A DNA stretch of 64,000 nt from an uncultured Alistipes sp. (GCF_902388705.1 NZ_CABMQJ010000001.1:78454-142453), one strand, 5' to 3'. Positions 9,745 to 20,427 are shown, numbered from the stretch's first letter. Notes: a model not told the origin generated them from the sequence alone. Numbers and translations are program-made.

Positions 9745-10758
9745 ATGGCAGGATCTAACTTTGTAGATTACGTAAAGATATTTGCCCGTTCGGGACACGG
9801 AGGGGCCGGATCGGCGCATTTCCGCCGTGAGAAATTCGTGGCGTTCGGCGGCCCCGACGGTGGCGACGGCGGCAAGGGCGGCAGTATCGTCCTGCAGGGC
9901 GACAGCCAGTACTGGACGCTCATCCACCTCAAATACCAGCGCCACCAGTTTGCCGAGGATGGCCAGAACGGTTCCGGCGCCCGGTCGTCGGGTAAGGATG
10001 CCAAAGATATTGTCATTCCCGTGCCGCTGGGCACGGTCGCCCGGCGCATCGTCGAGCTGGAGGACGGTACCACAGCCCTGGAGGATGTAGGCGAGGTTAC
10101 GGCCGACGGCGAGCAGCTGGTGCTGCTGCAGGGCGGGCGCGGCGGCCTCGGAAACTGGCATTTCAAAAGCGCCACGAACCAGACGCCCCGCTATGCACAG
10201 CCGGGTGAGGAGGGCGACGAGGGGGCTTTTATCCTCGAACTGAAAGTGCTGGCAGACGTGGGGCTGGTCGGTTTCCCCAATGCGGGCAAGAGCACGCTGC
10301 TGTCGGTGGTTTCCGCCGCCAAACCCAAGATTGCCAACTATGCCTTTACGACGCTCGAGCCCAACCTCGGCATCGTCGAAGTCCGCGACCACAAGTCGTT
10401 CGTCATGGCCGATATTCCCGGCATTATCGAGGGGGCGCACGAGGGCCGGGGCCTGGGAACCCGCTTCCTGCGCCATATCGAACGCAATTCGGTGCTGTTG
10501 TTCATGATTCCCGCCGACAGCGATGACATCCGGCACGATTACGAGGTGCTGCTGGGCGAACTGACGCAGTATAATCCCGAGTTGCTCGACAAACAGCGCC
10601 TGCTGGCCGTCACGAAGTGCGATATGTTGGACGACGAATTGATCGGGCAGATGAAGTCCCATCTTCCGGAGGGAGTGCCGTCGGTGTTTATCTCGTCGGT
10701 TTCGGGACTGAACATCATACAGCTCAAGGATATGCTGTGGGAAGCCCTGCACCGGTAG
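9745..10758 (+). CDS. obg: GTPase Obg
   Basis: N-terminal Obg fold [46 protein letters not shown]1 [10 protein letters not shown]3 [10 protein letters not shown]4 TKCD. Confidence 0.9.
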   Translation: MAGSNFVDYVKIFARSGHGGAGSAHFRREKFVAFGGPDGGDGGKGGSIVLQGDSQYWTLIHLKYQRHQFAEDGQNGSGARSSGKDAKDIVIPVPLGTVARRIVELEDGTTALEDVGEVTADGEQLVLLQGGRGGLGNWHFKSATNQTPRYAQPGEEGDEGAFILELKVLADVGLVGFPNAGKSTLLSVVSAAKPKIANYAFTTLEPNLGIVEVRDHKSFVMADIPGIIEGAHEGRGLGTRFLRHIERNSVLLFMIPADSDDIRHDYEVLLGELTQYNPELLDKQRLLAVTKCDMLDDELIGQMKSHLPEGVPSVFISSVSGLNIIQLKDMLWEALHR

Positions 10759-11563
10759 CGAAGTCGATTTCGCGGTTGGTGACGCGGAGCGTGTATTTCC
10801 CGTTGAAATAATCGATTACACCATATATGGAGCCTGTACCCTGCGGTACGGGCTCCGTTGCGTATGTGCAGGTGCCTGACGTCCGCACCGGGAGTGTGCG
10901 GCCGGTGCCGTCGGCCAGCAGCCGTTCGGTCGTCACGGGACGGCCGGTTTCCGGGTCGGTGTCGCACCAGTTGCCCGTTTCGGCGAAATGCACGCCGTTG
11001 AAATATACGTAAGTGTCGATATGCCGGGGGCCGATTTCGCCGAACGTGAGTGCCGCGGGACGCAGGGGATTTTCCCCGTCGCCGCTCACCCGGAGATAAC
11101 GACCCAGTTCCGCACGGGGAATGCGTCCTGCGCCGTATGCGTCCGCAGGAGTTGTGCCGAGCTGTACTTTCCCTCCGTAGTCGCACAACGTCAGTCCGTT
11201 GCAGTAGACGGTCACGGCCGCGCCGACCGGATAATCGACATAGAGTTCCGCGCCGTCGACGGCGATGCAGATTCCGCCGCTTTCATCCTGTATGACGAGT
11301 GTCTTGTGGAATTCGCCGTACAAATTGTTGGCCGTGACCACGCCCCCGACGGTAATGTCTGCGGTTACGGGGGTGCATTCGCCCGTACAGAGGGATTTGA
11401 GTCGTGCAATCGTACTTGTCGCCTCTTCCCCGCCTTCGTTTCCGAAGCGGGGCTCCGACGACTTGTCGCAGGCCGGCAGTGTCAGTGCCAGCGCTGCGGC
11501 CATCGCCGCCGATACGGCCCGTGCCGTCAGCAGGAGCCGTTTAATGCGTGCAGTCGTTTTCAT
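10724..11563 (-). CDS. hypothetical lipoprotein (paralog 1 of a tandem pair)
   Basis: ATG at 11563 gives [33 protein letters not shown] (lipobox). The conserved block IARLKSL..G...[36 protein letters not shown] is shared with the next gene. Its 3' end overlaps the obg stop by 35 nt, in a convergent arrangement. Confidence 0.5.
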   Translation of the reverse strand: MKTTARIKRLLLTARAVSAAMAAALALTLPACDKSSEPRFGNEGGEEATSTIARLKSLCTGECTPVTADITVGGVVTANNLYGEFHKTLVIQDESGGICIAVDGAELYVDYPVGAAVTVYCNGLTLCDYGGKVQLGTTPADAYGAGRIPRAELGRYLRVSGDGENPLRPAALTFGEIGPRHIDTYVYFNGVHFAETGNWCDTDPETGRPVTTERLLADGTGRTLPVRTSGTCTYATEPVPQGTGSIYGVIDYFNGKYTLRVTNREIDFATGAGLPTAYP

Positions 11564-12302
11564 CGCGCAGTTTGAGGATGTAACGGCCGTCACCGGCATC
11601 GTCGTATTGCAGAATCCCCGTAAGCGTACAGCGCCCGACGGGCACTTCGTCGCCTGCAAACCGGGCATAGTTGCGTACGTACGTGTGGACTTCGGCCCCG
11701 TTGTCGTCCGTAAAACGCTTGTATCCGGCCCACGTGCCGGGCGTGAGGTCTTCCGGAGTGTACCGGAGCGCTTCGAGCCGCACCAGCGTGCCGCATCGCT
11801 CGGGTGTCAGTTCGCGAATCGTCAGCAGGGTGGGCACGAGTGGATGCAGCTGCTCTCCGTTGCGTGTGAGCGCAGCGTCCAGAGCCGGTTTCGAGCCGAT
11901 GTAATCCGTTACGAAACCGCTTCCGGCGGCGGGTGTGCGTCCGGCCTGCAATATGCCGCGGCTTTCGCCCAGCGCCAGCCCCTTAAGCCGCAGTGTGACC
12001 CGGCATCCCATCGGGAAATCGTTGTGCAGTTGGTCGATGCCGGCCATGATTTCCATGCCGGCGCCCTCGTCCTCGATGCAGAGCGTGCGGTAAAAGTTTC
12101 CGCCGAGGTCACTGGTGTTCACCCGGCCCGAAACCACAATATCCCCGGTCACCGGGAATGTCGTGCCCGCATATTTTGCGCGCAGCTCGCCGATGGTCGT
12201 CGTGACGGGTTCCGGCGGTGTATCCCCGCCGGGTTTTCCGAACCGGGAGTCGTAACACCCGGCCAGCAATATCACGGCGCAAAGCAGCGGAAGGCGGCGC
12301 AT
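11541..12302 (-). CDS. hypothetical lipoprotein (paralog 2 of a tandem pair)
   Basis: ATG at 12302 gives MRRLPLLCAVILLAGCYDS. IGELRAKYAGTTFPVTGDIVVSGRVNTSDLGGNFYRTLCIEDEGAGMEIMAG aligns with paralog 1. From memory this may correspond to a Bacteroidota-specific DUF; that was not checked. Confidence 0.5.
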   Translation of the reverse strand: MRRLPLLCAVILLAGCYDSRFGKPGGDTPPEPVTTTIGELRAKYAGTTFPVTGDIVVSGRVNTSDLGGNFYRTLCIEDEGAGMEIMAGIDQLHNDFPMGCRVTLRLKGLALGESRGILQAGRTPAAGSGFVTDYIGSKPALDAALTRNGEQLHPLVPTLLTIRELTPERCGTLVRLEALRYTPEDLTPGTWAGYKRFTDDNGAEVHTYVRNYARFAGDEVPVGRCTLTGILQYDDAGDGRYILKLRDENDCTH

Positions 12303-12306
12303 ACGG

Positions 12307-13530
12307 CTATTGTTCGATGCGGGAATCCTTGAGGCCGAGGAAGTAGAGGATACCGTCCAGGCCGATGGTCGAGATGGACTGGCGTGCCGTCGCTTTGACT
12401 TTGGGCTTGGCGTGGAACGCAATCCCGAGGCCTGCGAGGTTGAGCATCGGCAGGTCGTTGGCGCCGTCGCCGACGGCTACCGACTGGGCGATGTTGATCT
12501 CTTCGAACTGGCACAGCAGGCGCAGCAATTCGGCTTTGCGGCGTCCGTCGACCACCTCGCCGACGTAGCGGCCCGTGAGTTTGCCGTCCTCGATTTCCAG
12601 TTCGTTGGCGTAAACGTAGTCGAAACCGTATTTTTGGCGCAGGTAGTTGCCGAAATAGGTGAAGCCGCCCGAGAGGATGGCCGTCTTGTATCCCACGCGC
12701 TTGAGGATGGTCATCATGCGCTCCAGCCCCTCGGTGATGGGCAGGTTGCGGGCAATCTCCTCCATGACCGACACGTCGAGTCCTTTCAAAAGGGCCACGC
12801 GCTGCGTGAAACTTTCGCGAAAGTCGATTTCGCCCCGCATGGCGCGTGCCGTGATTTCGCGCACTTCGTCGCCGACCCCGGCGCGCTCGGCCAGTTCGTC
12901 GATTACTTCGGTTTCGATCAGCGTCGAGTCCATGTCGAAGCAAATCAGCCGGCGGCTGCGGCGGTAGATGTCGTCTTTCTGGAACGATACGTCGAGTCCG
13001 ATTTCCGAGAGGTTCATGAAGCCCGCCTGCATGGTGCTGCGGTCTTCGTCCGTGAGCGAGCCGCGTACCGAGAGTTCGATGCAGGCCTTGGCCGCGCGGT
13101 CGTCCTCGCACAGGGGCATGCGGCCCGTGAGGCGTTTTATGGCGTCGATATTCAGGTCGTGCTGCGCCACGACTTTGGTCACTTCGGCGATGTGGCGCGC
13201 CGTGACGGTGCGGCCCAGCAGGGTGATGATGTAGCGGTTCTTGCCTTGGCGGCCCACCCAGTCATCGTATTTCTGTTCCGAAATCGGTGTGAAGCGAATC
13301 ATCACGCCCAGTTCCGATGCCTTGAACAACAGCTCTTTCATGATGTTTCCCGACTTGTCGGAAGTGGTCTTGAACAGGATGCCGAGTGTCAGCGACTGGT
13401 GGATATTGGCCTGTCCGATGTCGAGGATGAAAGCGTCGTAACGCGCGAGTATTTCGGTGAGTGTGGAGGTCATTCCCGGCTTGTCTTCGCCGGAGATGTT
13501 GATTTGGATAATCTCAACGTTGTTCTGCAT
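12307..13530 (-). CDS. serB: phosphoserine phosphatase SerB with N-terminal ACT-type domains
   Basis: ATG at 13530 gives MQNNVEIIQINISGEDKPGMT... (ACT). HAD motifs: I LICFDMDSTLIETEVID, II ILSGGF, III GDGANDLPML. The 742-aa track ORF reading further upstream is a read-through that runs antisense to mscS. Confidence 0.85.
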   Translation of the reverse strand: MQNNVEIIQINISGEDKPGMTSTLTEILARYDAFILDIGQANIHQSLTLGILFKTTSDKSGNIMKELLFKASELGVMIRFTPISEQKYDDWVGRQGKNRYIITLLGRTVTARHIAEVTKVVAQHDLNIDAIKRLTGRMPLCEDDRAAKACIELSVRGSLTDEDRSTMQAGFMNLSEIGLDVSFQKDDIYRRSRRLICFDMDSTLIETEVIDELAERAGVGDEVREITARAMRGEIDFRESFTQRVALLKGLDVSVMEEIARNLPITEGLERMMTILKRVGYKTAILSGGFTYFGNYLRQKYGFDYVYANELEIEDGKLTGRYVGEVVDGRRKAELLRLLCQFEEINIAQSVAVGDGANDLPMLNLAGLGIAFHAKPKVKATARQSISTIGLDGILYFLGLKDSRIEQ

Positions 13531-13598
13531 TGTATGTCGTTTTTCCTGTTTCCTTTCCGTAAATTCGTTGACAAAGTTAGTAAACTTCTCTTTTTTTT

Positions 13599-13606
13599 GG
13601 TTAATT
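13599..13606 (+). promoter_or_regulatory. Bacteroidota-type -7 promoter element TAATTTTG upstream of mscS
   Basis: Matches the TAnnTTTG consensus 30 nt upstream of the ATG at 13636, in the divergent serB/mscS intergenic region. Confidence 0.3.
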
Positions 13607-13635
13607 TTGCACTCAAACTTTAAATATTGAACTTT

Positions 13636-14550
13636 ATGTGGCCTCTTTTTACCGGTGCCGGTGATACGGCGCCGCTGATGCTGCCCGACAGCGTCCAGAA
13701 AGCCAACCTTGCCGAAGCAGTCAACAAAATCGCGAACATGGACTTCGAACAGGTGCTGCAGAATATGCTGTCGGAGTCTATCTGGATTTTGTTGAAGATT
13801 GTCCTCGCGCTGGCGATTTACTTCGTCGGCCGCTGGGTGCTGCGCCGTATCGTGAAACTGCTCGATTTGGCGCTGGAGCACCGCCACGTCGATATTTCGC
13901 TCCGGTCTTTCATGCGCAATACCGTGCGGGTAGTCTTCACGCTGTTGCTGGTGCTGATCGTCGTGTCGACGCTGGGCGTCAACGTCACGTCGCTCATCGC
14001 CGTCTTCTCGGCCGCCACGCTGGCCATCGGTATGGCTTTGAGCGGTACGGCCCAGAACTTCGCGGGCGGCGTGATGATTCTGCTGATGAAACCCTATCGT
14101 GTCGGCGATTTCATCTCGGCGCAGGGACAGTCGGGCACGGTACGTGAGATTAAACTCTTCTCCACGGTCATCACCACGGGAGATAACCAAACAATTTACA
14201 TTCCGAACAACGCGATTGCCACGGCGATTATCGACAATTACTCGACCTCCGAACTGCGCCGCGTGGACTGGTCGGTCGGAATCTCCTACGGCGACGACGT
14301 GGATGTGGCCCGCAAGGCGATCCTCGACATTCTCGCCGCCGACAGCCGTGTGCTGAAAGACCCTGCGCCCGTGGTATGGGTCGCGGCGCTTGCCGACAGT
14401 TCGGTGAACCTCTCCGCCCGCGCGTGGGTGAACAATGCCGATTACTGGAATGTATTCTTCGAGAACAACGAGAAATTTTACAAACAACTGCCCGAAAAGG
14501 GGATTAATTTCCCGTTCCCGCAGATGGATGTACACGTGAAAAATAATTAA
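13636..14550 (+). CDS. mscS: small-conductance mechanosensitive channel (MscS family)
   Basis: 3 TM helices then the MscS beta domain ..GDFISAQGQSGTVREIKLFSTVITTGDNQTIYIPNNAI... The first ATG is at 13636; the track uses a TTG at 13627. Confidence 0.85.
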   Translation: MWPLFTGAGDTAPLMLPDSVQKANLAEAVNKIANMDFEQVLQNMLSESIWILLKIVLALAIYFVGRWVLRRIVKLLDLALEHRHVDISLRSFMRNTVRVVFTLLLVLIVVSTLGVNVTSLIAVFSAATLAIGMALSGTAQNFAGGVMILLMKPYRVGDFISAQGQSGTVREIKLFSTVITTGDNQTIYIPNNAIATAIIDNYSTSELRRVDWSVGISYGDDVDVARKAILDILAADSRVLKDPAPVVWVAALADSSVNLSARAWVNNADYWNVFFENNEKFYKQLPEKGINFPFPQMDVHVKNN

Positions 14551-14564
14551 CCGAGAAAATCAAG

Positions 14565-14984
14565 ATGAAAAAGCTGTTATTACTGATTGCCGCAGCCTGC
14601 TGCATGGCGGCCTGCAACAAAGAGTTGGGCCCGGAGTACAGGACCCCCCCCCAACTCGGTGAGGTTACCTATACGCCGACGGACGTGCAGGCAGACAATG
14701 TGGTTACCGTACGTGTCCCCATAACGAGCACCTACGGGCTGTACAGCGGATGGATCGTGTACTGGCTGGGCGAGGACCAGGAGAATGCGAAGTCGACCAC
14801 GCCTTATTTCTATACCAAATCCGATACGTCGGTAATCTTCGAGGGGAAAATACCTGCCCAGGAAGCCGGCTCAAAGGTATCTTTCGTGGTCGCCGCCATG
14901 AATCCCTACAGCGTGCTCGCTTCGACGCAGGTGTATAATTATACGGTAGCGGGTGGTTCCGAACCCGAACCGGACGAGAATTAA
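14565..14984 (+). CDS. small hypothetical lipoprotein
   Basis: MKKLLLLIAAACCMAACNKE (lipobox). No recognisable domain. Confidence 0.45.
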   Translation: MKKLLLLIAAACCMAACNKELGPEYRTPPQLGEVTYTPTDVQADNVVTVRVPITSTYGLYSGWIVYWLGEDQENAKSTTPYFYTKSDTSVIFEGKIPAQEAGSKVSFVVAAMNPYSVLASTQVYNYTVAGGSEPEPDEN

Positions 14985-15005
14985 TTTACCAGATATAAGA
15001 TAAAT

Positions 15006-15410
15006 ATGGAATTGAAAGAAATCCTGGCCATTTCGGGCCAGCCCGGACTTTATAAGTATGTCGCGCAGTCTACGAACGGCGTGATTGTCGAATCGCTGCT
15101 CGACGGCAGGCGGATGAATGCCTCCGCCTCCTCGAAAGTGAGCTCCCTGACCGAAATATCGATGTTCACCGAGGGCGACGACATTCCGCTGGCCGATGTA
15201 TTCACGAAGATTTATGCCCACACGGGCGGCAAGGAGGCCATCAGTCCGAAAGAGGCGCCCGAGAAACTGAAAGCGTATTTCGCCGAGGTGCTTCCCGAAT
15301 ACGACCGCGACCGGGTGCACGTGTCCGACATGAAAAAGTGCTTCGCGTGGTATAACACGCTGGTAAATGCCGGCTTTACGGAGTTCAAACTTCCTGCCGA
15401 AAACGAGTAA
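15006..15410 (+). CDS. conserved hypothetical cytoplasmic protein (134 aa)
   Basis: Clean ORF in a coding-dense context. [19 protein letters not shown]...; no family assigned. Confidence 0.45.
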   Translation: MELKEILAISGQPGLYKYVAQSTNGVIVESLLDGRRMNASASSKVSSLTEISMFTEGDDIPLADVFTKIYAHTGGKEAISPKEAPEKLKAYFAEVLPEYDRDRVHVSDMKKCFAWYNTLVNAGFTEFKLPAENE

Positions 15411-15529
15411 TGCGACAGTCCCGCCCCGGCGGGACTTTTTTGTGTTACATCCCGGTTAAATTCACCGGCTTTCCTTGCCGTTGTTACCGGGTTTATGCTA
15501 TCTTTGTTCGAGGAAAAACAATTTGCGTT

Positions 15530-16024
15530 ATGGATAAGAAGACAAAAGTACTGGCATTGGTCGCCCACGACAATATGAAACGCGATTTGGCCGAATGGGT
15601 CGACTGGAACAGCATGAAATTATGCCGCCACCACCTCGTATGTACGGGTACGACCGGCAAGATGGTCGAGAAGACGCTGCGCGACCACAAGGAGGAGCAT
15701 GAAATCGGGGAGGAACATGGTGAGGTGCTCGACCTGAAGATTACGTTGCTCAAATCGGGCCCGCTGGGCGGTGACCAGCAATTGGGCTCGCTGATTGCCG
15801 ACGGCAAAATCAACGCCCTGATTTTCTTTTGGGATCCCATGTCGGCGCAGCCGCACGATGTCGATGTCAAGGCCCTGTTGCGCCTCGCGACGCTTTATAA
15901 CATTCCGACGGCCATCAACCGTTCCTCGGCCGACTTCCTGATATCCTCGCCGCTTTTCGAGGACGACGATTACGAACCCGTCGTAAAGGATTACAAAGCC
16001 TACATCGAGCGCGTGCTGAAATAG
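15530..16024 (+). CDS. mgsA: methylglyoxal synthase
   Basis: ATG at 15530 gives [24 protein letters not shown]...[10 protein letters not shown]...ALIFFWDP, which is typical MgsA. The longer track ORF from 15410 has no support. Confidence 0.85.
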   Translation: MDKKTKVLALVAHDNMKRDLAEWVDWNSMKLCRHHLVCTGTTGKMVEKTLRDHKEEHEIGEEHGEVLDLKITLLKSGPLGGDQQLGSLIADGKINALIFFWDPMSAQPHDVDVKALLRLATLYNIPTAINRSSADFLISSPLFEDDDYEPVVKDYKAYIERVLK

Positions 16025-16044
16025 GGTAGTGCGGGATAGGATTT

Positions 16045-16072
16045 AAAGGGGCTGTCGAAAACAGCCCCTTTA
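16045..16072. terminator. bidirectional terminator between mgsA (+) and dus (-)
   Basis: AAAGGGGCTGT, loop CGAAA, ACAGCCCCTTT, flanked by an A-run and a T-run. Confidence 0.55.
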
Positions 16073-16123
16073 TCGTATCTCGGAACTGCCAATCCGGTAT
16101 GGCGGAGGTTTCCCGCCCTGTTA

Positions 16124-17146
16124 CTATAAGTCGTGTGAAAGCGGAGCCGGAACGGTGCCGCTCACGTCGAAGTCGCCCCAACGCTGGGCAATCGAGTCGA
16201 GTGTCGCGAACAGCTCCTCAATGTCGAGCGACGTGACGAGTTTCAGGCGTGTTTGCTTGAAATCGGGCAGTCCCTTGAAATAGTTCGACATGTGGCGGCG
16301 CATCTCGAGGATGCCGACGAATTCACCTTTTATTTCGAGCGATTTGCGCAGGTGCTCCTTGGCAATCTCCACCCGTTCGCAGACCGACGGCTGGGGCATC
16401 ACCTCGCCCGTTGCGAGGTAGTGCTTCACTTCGCGGAATATCCACGGACGTCCGTAGGTCGCCCGTCCGATCATTACGCCGTCCACGCCGTAGCGGTCGA
16501 ACATTTCGGCCGCTTTCGGCCCCGAGTCCACGTCGCCGTTGCCGATAATCGGAATATGAATCTGCGGGTTGTTTTTCACCTTGCCGATTAACGTCCAGTC
16601 CGCCTCGCCGCGGTACATCTGCGACCGCGTGCGGCCGTGTATGGTCAGTGCCGCGATGCCCATGTCCTGCAACCGCAGGGCGATTTCTTCGATATTCTTC
16701 GACTCTTCGTCCCAGCCCAGGCGGGTTTTCACCGTCACGGGCGTCTTCACCGTCGCAACGATTTGCCGTGTCATCTCGACCATCAGCGGCACGTCGCGCA
16801 TCATGCCCGACCCGGCGCCGCGCCCGGCGATCTTCTTGACCGGACAGCCGAAGTTGATGTCGATGATGTCCGGGCCGGCCGCTTCGGCCATGCGTGCCGC
16901 CTCGACCATCGGTTCGATCAGGTGCCCGTAGAGCTGAATGCCCACGGGGCGTTCAGCATCGTCTATTTCGAGCTTTTTGAGCGACTTCGCCGCGTCGCGT
17001 ATCAACCCGTCCGACGAGATGAATTCCGTGTAGACCACGTCGGCGCCGAAGCGCTTGCACATGTAGCGGAACGACGGGTCGGTCACGTCCTCCATCGGCG
17101 CCAGCAGCAGGGGTTTCTCCCCGAGTTCTATATCGGCTATCTTCAT
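16124..17146 (-). CDS. dus: tRNA-dihydrouridine synthase (DusB-like)
   Basis: ATG at 17146 gives MKIADIELGEKPLLLAPMEDVTDPSFRYMCKRFGADVVYTEF...IDINFGCP...IHGRTR, a TIM-barrel Dus. The upstream extension in the track ORF overlaps the preceding gene and is rejected. Confidence 0.85.
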   Translation of the reverse strand: MKIADIELGEKPLLLAPMEDVTDPSFRYMCKRFGADVVYTEFISSDGLIRDAAKSLKKLEIDDAERPVGIQLYGHLIEPMVEAARMAEAAGPDIIDINFGCPVKKIAGRGAGSGMMRDVPLMVEMTRQIVATVKTPVTVKTRLGWDEESKNIEEIALRLQDMGIAALTIHGRTRSQMYRGEADWTLIGKVKNNPQIHIPIIGNGDVDSGPKAAEMFDRYGVDGVMIGRATYGRPWIFREVKHYLATGEVMPQPSVCERVEIAKEHLRKSLEIKGEFVGILEMRRHMSNYFKGLPDFKQTRLKLVTSLDIEELFATLDSIAQRWGDFDVSGTVPAPLSHDL

Positions 17147-18420
17147 GATGCGCTTTCCATGTCGTGTGTTACCAGTATCTTGTCGATGCGTACGCCGTCC
17201 ATGTCGACGATTTCGAGCTCGAACCCGTTCCATCGTAGCTTTTCGCCCGTGGCGGGGATATGCTTCAGCTGGTCGAGCACCAGGCCGCTGATTGTGTTGT
17301 AGGCGTTGCGCGGAAAGGTGTTCTCGGCTCCGAAGAACGCCAGAAAATCGTAGAACGGGCACTGTCCGTCGATAAGGTAGCTGCCGTCCTCGCGCCGTAT
17401 GATGTCGGGCTCCTCGTAGCTGTCGGGGATTTCACCCACCAGCGCCTCGAAAATGTCTTTCAGGGTGATGATGCCGCGCGTCACTCCGAACTCGTCGCAC
17501 ACGATGCCGTAGCCGAGCTGTTCGCTGCGCAGCTGCTCCAGCGCGCTGTAAACTTCGAATCCCTCGTGGAAGAATTTTGCCGGCGAAAGGCATTTGCGGA
17601 TGTCGAATTCCGGGTCGTCGATTTGACGGAACAGGTCTTTCAGGTAGACCACGCCGATGAGTTTGTCGAGGCTTCCCTCGCCCACGGGATAACGGTTGTG
17701 GGGCTCGCGGGCGACCCGTTCGCGGATTTGCTCCGGAGTCATCGCTGCGTCTATCCAGACCAGTTCGCTGCGGAAGGTCATGATGGATTCGACCGTCCGG
17801 TCGCCCAGCGAGAATACGCGGCCCATGATTTTCTGCTCCACCTCCTGCACTTCGCCGTCCTCCGTGCCCTCCTGGATGATGGAGCGTATCTCCTCCTCGG
17901 TCACTTTCGAATCCGATTTTTTGAGTCCCAGCAGGCGGGTTACGCCTGCCGTGCTGCGCGACAGGAGCCATACGAACGGCGAGGCCAGCAGCGAGAGCAG
18001 GCGCATGGGGCGCGCCACGAACTTGGCGATTTTCTCCGCCGAGTTCATGCCGATACGCTTGGGTACGAGTTCCCCGAAGATGAGGGTCAGGTAGGTGACG
18101 ACGATGACGATTGTAATCTGCGCCACAATTGTCGCCGTGCGCAGGGATATGCCGAGCGCAGCGAGCTCCCTGCCGAATTTTGTCGCCAATGCATCGCCCG
18201 AGTAGATACCCGTGAGGATGCCTATCAGCGTGATGCCGATTTGTATGGTCGAGAGGAATTCGTCCGGATCTTCGATGAGCTTCTGTGCCTGCCGCGCCCC
18301 TGCGTCGCCCTGCCGGGCCTGCATCTCGAGGTTGGAGCGGCGCGCCGAAATCATGGCGATTTCCGACATGGCGAAAAAGCCGTTGAGAACTATCAATAAC
18401 AGAATAATAAGGAACTCCAT
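17143..18420 (-). CDS. hemolysin-family / CNNM (DUF21-CBS-CorC_HlyC) membrane protein
   Basis: N-terminal DUF21 TM region MEFLIILLLIVLNGFFAMSEIAMISAR, a CBS pair, and a C-terminal CorC transporter-associated domain. 4-nt overlap with the dus start. Confidence 0.85.
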   Translation of the reverse strand: MEFLIILLLIVLNGFFAMSEIAMISARRSNLEMQARQGDAGARQAQKLIEDPDEFLSTIQIGITLIGILTGIYSGDALATKFGRELAALGISLRTATIVAQITIVIVVTYLTLIFGELVPKRIGMNSAEKIAKFVARPMRLLSLLASPFVWLLSRSTAGVTRLLGLKKSDSKVTEEEIRSIIQEGTEDGEVQEVEQKIMGRVFSLGDRTVESIMTFRSELVWIDAAMTPEQIRERVAREPHNRYPVGEGSLDKLIGVVYLKDLFRQIDDPEFDIRKCLSPAKFFHEGFEVYSALEQLRSEQLGYGIVCDEFGVTRGIITLKDIFEALVGEIPDSYEEPDIIRREDGSYLIDGQCPFYDFLAFFGAENTFPRNAYNTISGLVLDQLKHIPATGEKLRWNGFELEIVDMDGVRIDKILVTHDMESAS

Positions 18421-18607
18421 GTATGTGGGGTTTGTTTGCCTGCAAAGATAGCATATGGCAGGGGGAATGCCAAATTTATTTGCGTGCTGCGGGAACCTGC
18501 GGCAACTCTGCGGCGTGCCGCTTCCGCCCGGTTTGAAGAATATGGGCCCTGGAAATTGAATTATTCGCTGAAAAACATTAAATTTGCAGGCAAATTCGAC
18601 AAAAATT

Positions 18608-20389
18608 ATGAATATTGAAAACTTTATTTCGGATGCAGTCCTCCGTTGTGTGGAGGCACTTTACGGCCCGTTGGACGGCGAACAGTTGCAGATTCAGAAA
18701 ACCCGCAAGGAGTTCGAGGGCGATTATACGCTCGTGACGTTCCCGCTGCTGCGACGAAGCCGCAAATCGCCCGAGGCCACGGCAGCCGAAATAGGGGAGT
18801 ATATGACGGCCAATGTCGCGGAAATCAAGTCGTTCAACGTTATCAAAGGGTTTCTGAACCTGGTGCTCGACAGTGCTTTCTGGGCTGCGCGCTTCGCCGA
18901 GCTCGCCGCCGACGAAAATTTCGGACAGGCTCCGGCCACGGGCCGTACGGTGATGGTCGAATATTCGTCGCCCAACACCAACAAGCCCCTGCACCTCGGT
19001 CATATCCGCAACAACCTGCTGGGTTATTCCGTAGCACAGATACTCGGGGCCAACGGACACAATGTCATCAAGGTCAACCTGGTGAACGACCGCGGTATTC
19101 ATATCTGCAAATCGATGCTGGCGTGGAAACTCTACGGCAACGGCGAAACGCCCGCATCGTCGGGCATGAAGGGTGACCACCTCGTGGGCAAGTATTACGT
19201 CGAATTCGACAAGCACTACAAGGCGCAGATCAAGGAGCTGATGGCGCAGGGACAAAGCGAGGACGAGGCCAAGAAAAACGCTCCGGTGATGCTCGAAGCG
19301 CAGGAGATGCTGCGCAGGTGGGAGGCCAAAGACCCCGAGGTCTATTCGCTCTGGGAAACGATGAACGGCTGGGTTTACGAGGGCTTCGACGTGACATACA
19401 AGGCGCTGGGCGTCGATTTCGATAAAATATACTACGAGTCGCAGACCTACCTGCTGGGCAAAAGCCTCGTCGAGGAGGGGCTCAAAAAGGGCGTTTTCTA
19501 CCGCCGTCCGGACAACTCGGTCTGGATTGACCTCACGGCCGACGGGCTGGACGAAAAACTGTTGCTGCGCGGTGACGGCACATCGGTCTACATGACGCAG
19601 GATCTCGGCACGGCCTACCGCCGTTTCGAAGAGAATAAGCTCGACGACATGATTTATGTCGTGGGCAACGAGCAGAACTACCATTTCCAGGTGCTCAAGC
19701 TGGTGCTCAAAAAGCTGGGCTACGCCGACTGGAGCGACCACATCACACACCTGTCGTACGGCATGGTGGAACTGCCCGAGGGCAAAATGAAGTCGCGCGA
19801 GGGTACGGTGGTCGACGCCGACGATTTAATCGCGGGCATGGTAGCCACGGCCCGCGAAATGTCGGACGAACTGGGCAAGCTCGACGGCTGCACAGAGGCG
19901 GAGGCCGATGCCGTTTCGACGATGGTCGGACTGGGAGCGCTCAAATACTTCATCCTCAAGGTCGACCCCAAGAAGACGATGCTGTTCGACCCCCGCGAGT
20001 CGATCGACTTCAACGGCAATACGGGCCCGTTCATCCAGTATACGCACGCACGTATCTGCTCGATTCTGCGCAAGGCTGCGGAAGCGGGCATCGATTTCTC
20101 CGGTGAGGTGCAGGCGGATTACCTGCCCGAGGAGATCGATTTGGTCAAGTCGCTCACGGAGTATCCCGCCGTAGTCAGGGCTGCGGGCGAGAGTTTCGCC
20201 CCCTCGATTGTCGGTGCCTACGTATACGAACTGGCAAAGCAGTTCAACGGGTACTACCACGACCACTCGATTCTCAAGGAGGAGAACGCCGAAACCCGTA
20301 AAATGCGCCTCCGGCTGGCCGAACAGGTCGCCCGCGTTATCCGCAGCGGCATGAAGCTGCTCGGCATCGACGTGCCGGAGCGGATGTAA
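18608..20389 (+). CDS. argS: arginine--tRNA ligase
   Basis: ATG at 18608 gives MNIENFIS.... Class I motifs SSPNTNKPLHLGHIRNN (HIGH) and the anticodon-binding C-terminus. Confidence 0.9.
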   Translation: MNIENFISDAVLRCVEALYGPLDGEQLQIQKTRKEFEGDYTLVTFPLLRRSRKSPEATAAEIGEYMTANVAEIKSFNVIKGFLNLVLDSAFWAARFAELAADENFGQAPATGRTVMVEYSSPNTNKPLHLGHIRNNLLGYSVAQILGANGHNVIKVNLVNDRGIHICKSMLAWKLYGNGETPASSGMKGDHLVGKYYVEFDKHYKAQIKELMAQGQSEDEAKKNAPVMLEAQEMLRRWEAKDPEVYSLWETMNGWVYEGFDVTYKALGVDFDKIYYESQTYLLGKSLVEEGLKKGVFYRRPDNSVWIDLTADGLDEKLLLRGDGTSVYMTQDLGTAYRRFEENKLDDMIYVVGNEQNYHFQVLKLVLKKLGYADWSDHITHLSYGMVELPEGKMKSREGTVVDADDLIAGMVATAREMSDELGKLDGCTEAEADAVSTMVGLGALKYFILKVDPKKTMLFDPRESIDFNGNTGPFIQYTHARICSILRKAAEAGIDFSGEVQADYLPEEIDLVKSLTEYPAVVRAAGESFAPSIVGAYVYELAKQFNGYYHDHSILKEENAETRKMRLRLAEQVARVIRSGMKLLGIDVPERM

Positions 20390-20427
20390 TGCCGCCGTAT
20401 CCGTAAATATCTGATATTACAGACCGT

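Noticed and set aside
12310-13623. 437-aa plus-strand ORF
   Set aside because: Antisense to serB. No motifs. Rejected in favour of the HAD phosphatase on the minus strand.
12307-14535. 742-aa ORF that would fuse serB to a long N-terminal extension
   Set aside because: The extension upstream of 13530 is antisense to a well-formed MscS gene and lacks any SerB or ACT homology. The internal ATG at 13530 gives the canonical ACT N-terminus.
17260-18399. 379-aa plus-strand ORF (also 17432-18454 minus, 340 aa)
   Set aside because: Both overlap the CNNM/CorC hemolysin-family gene in other frames or on the other strand. The translations are Arg/Gly-rich with no domain features.
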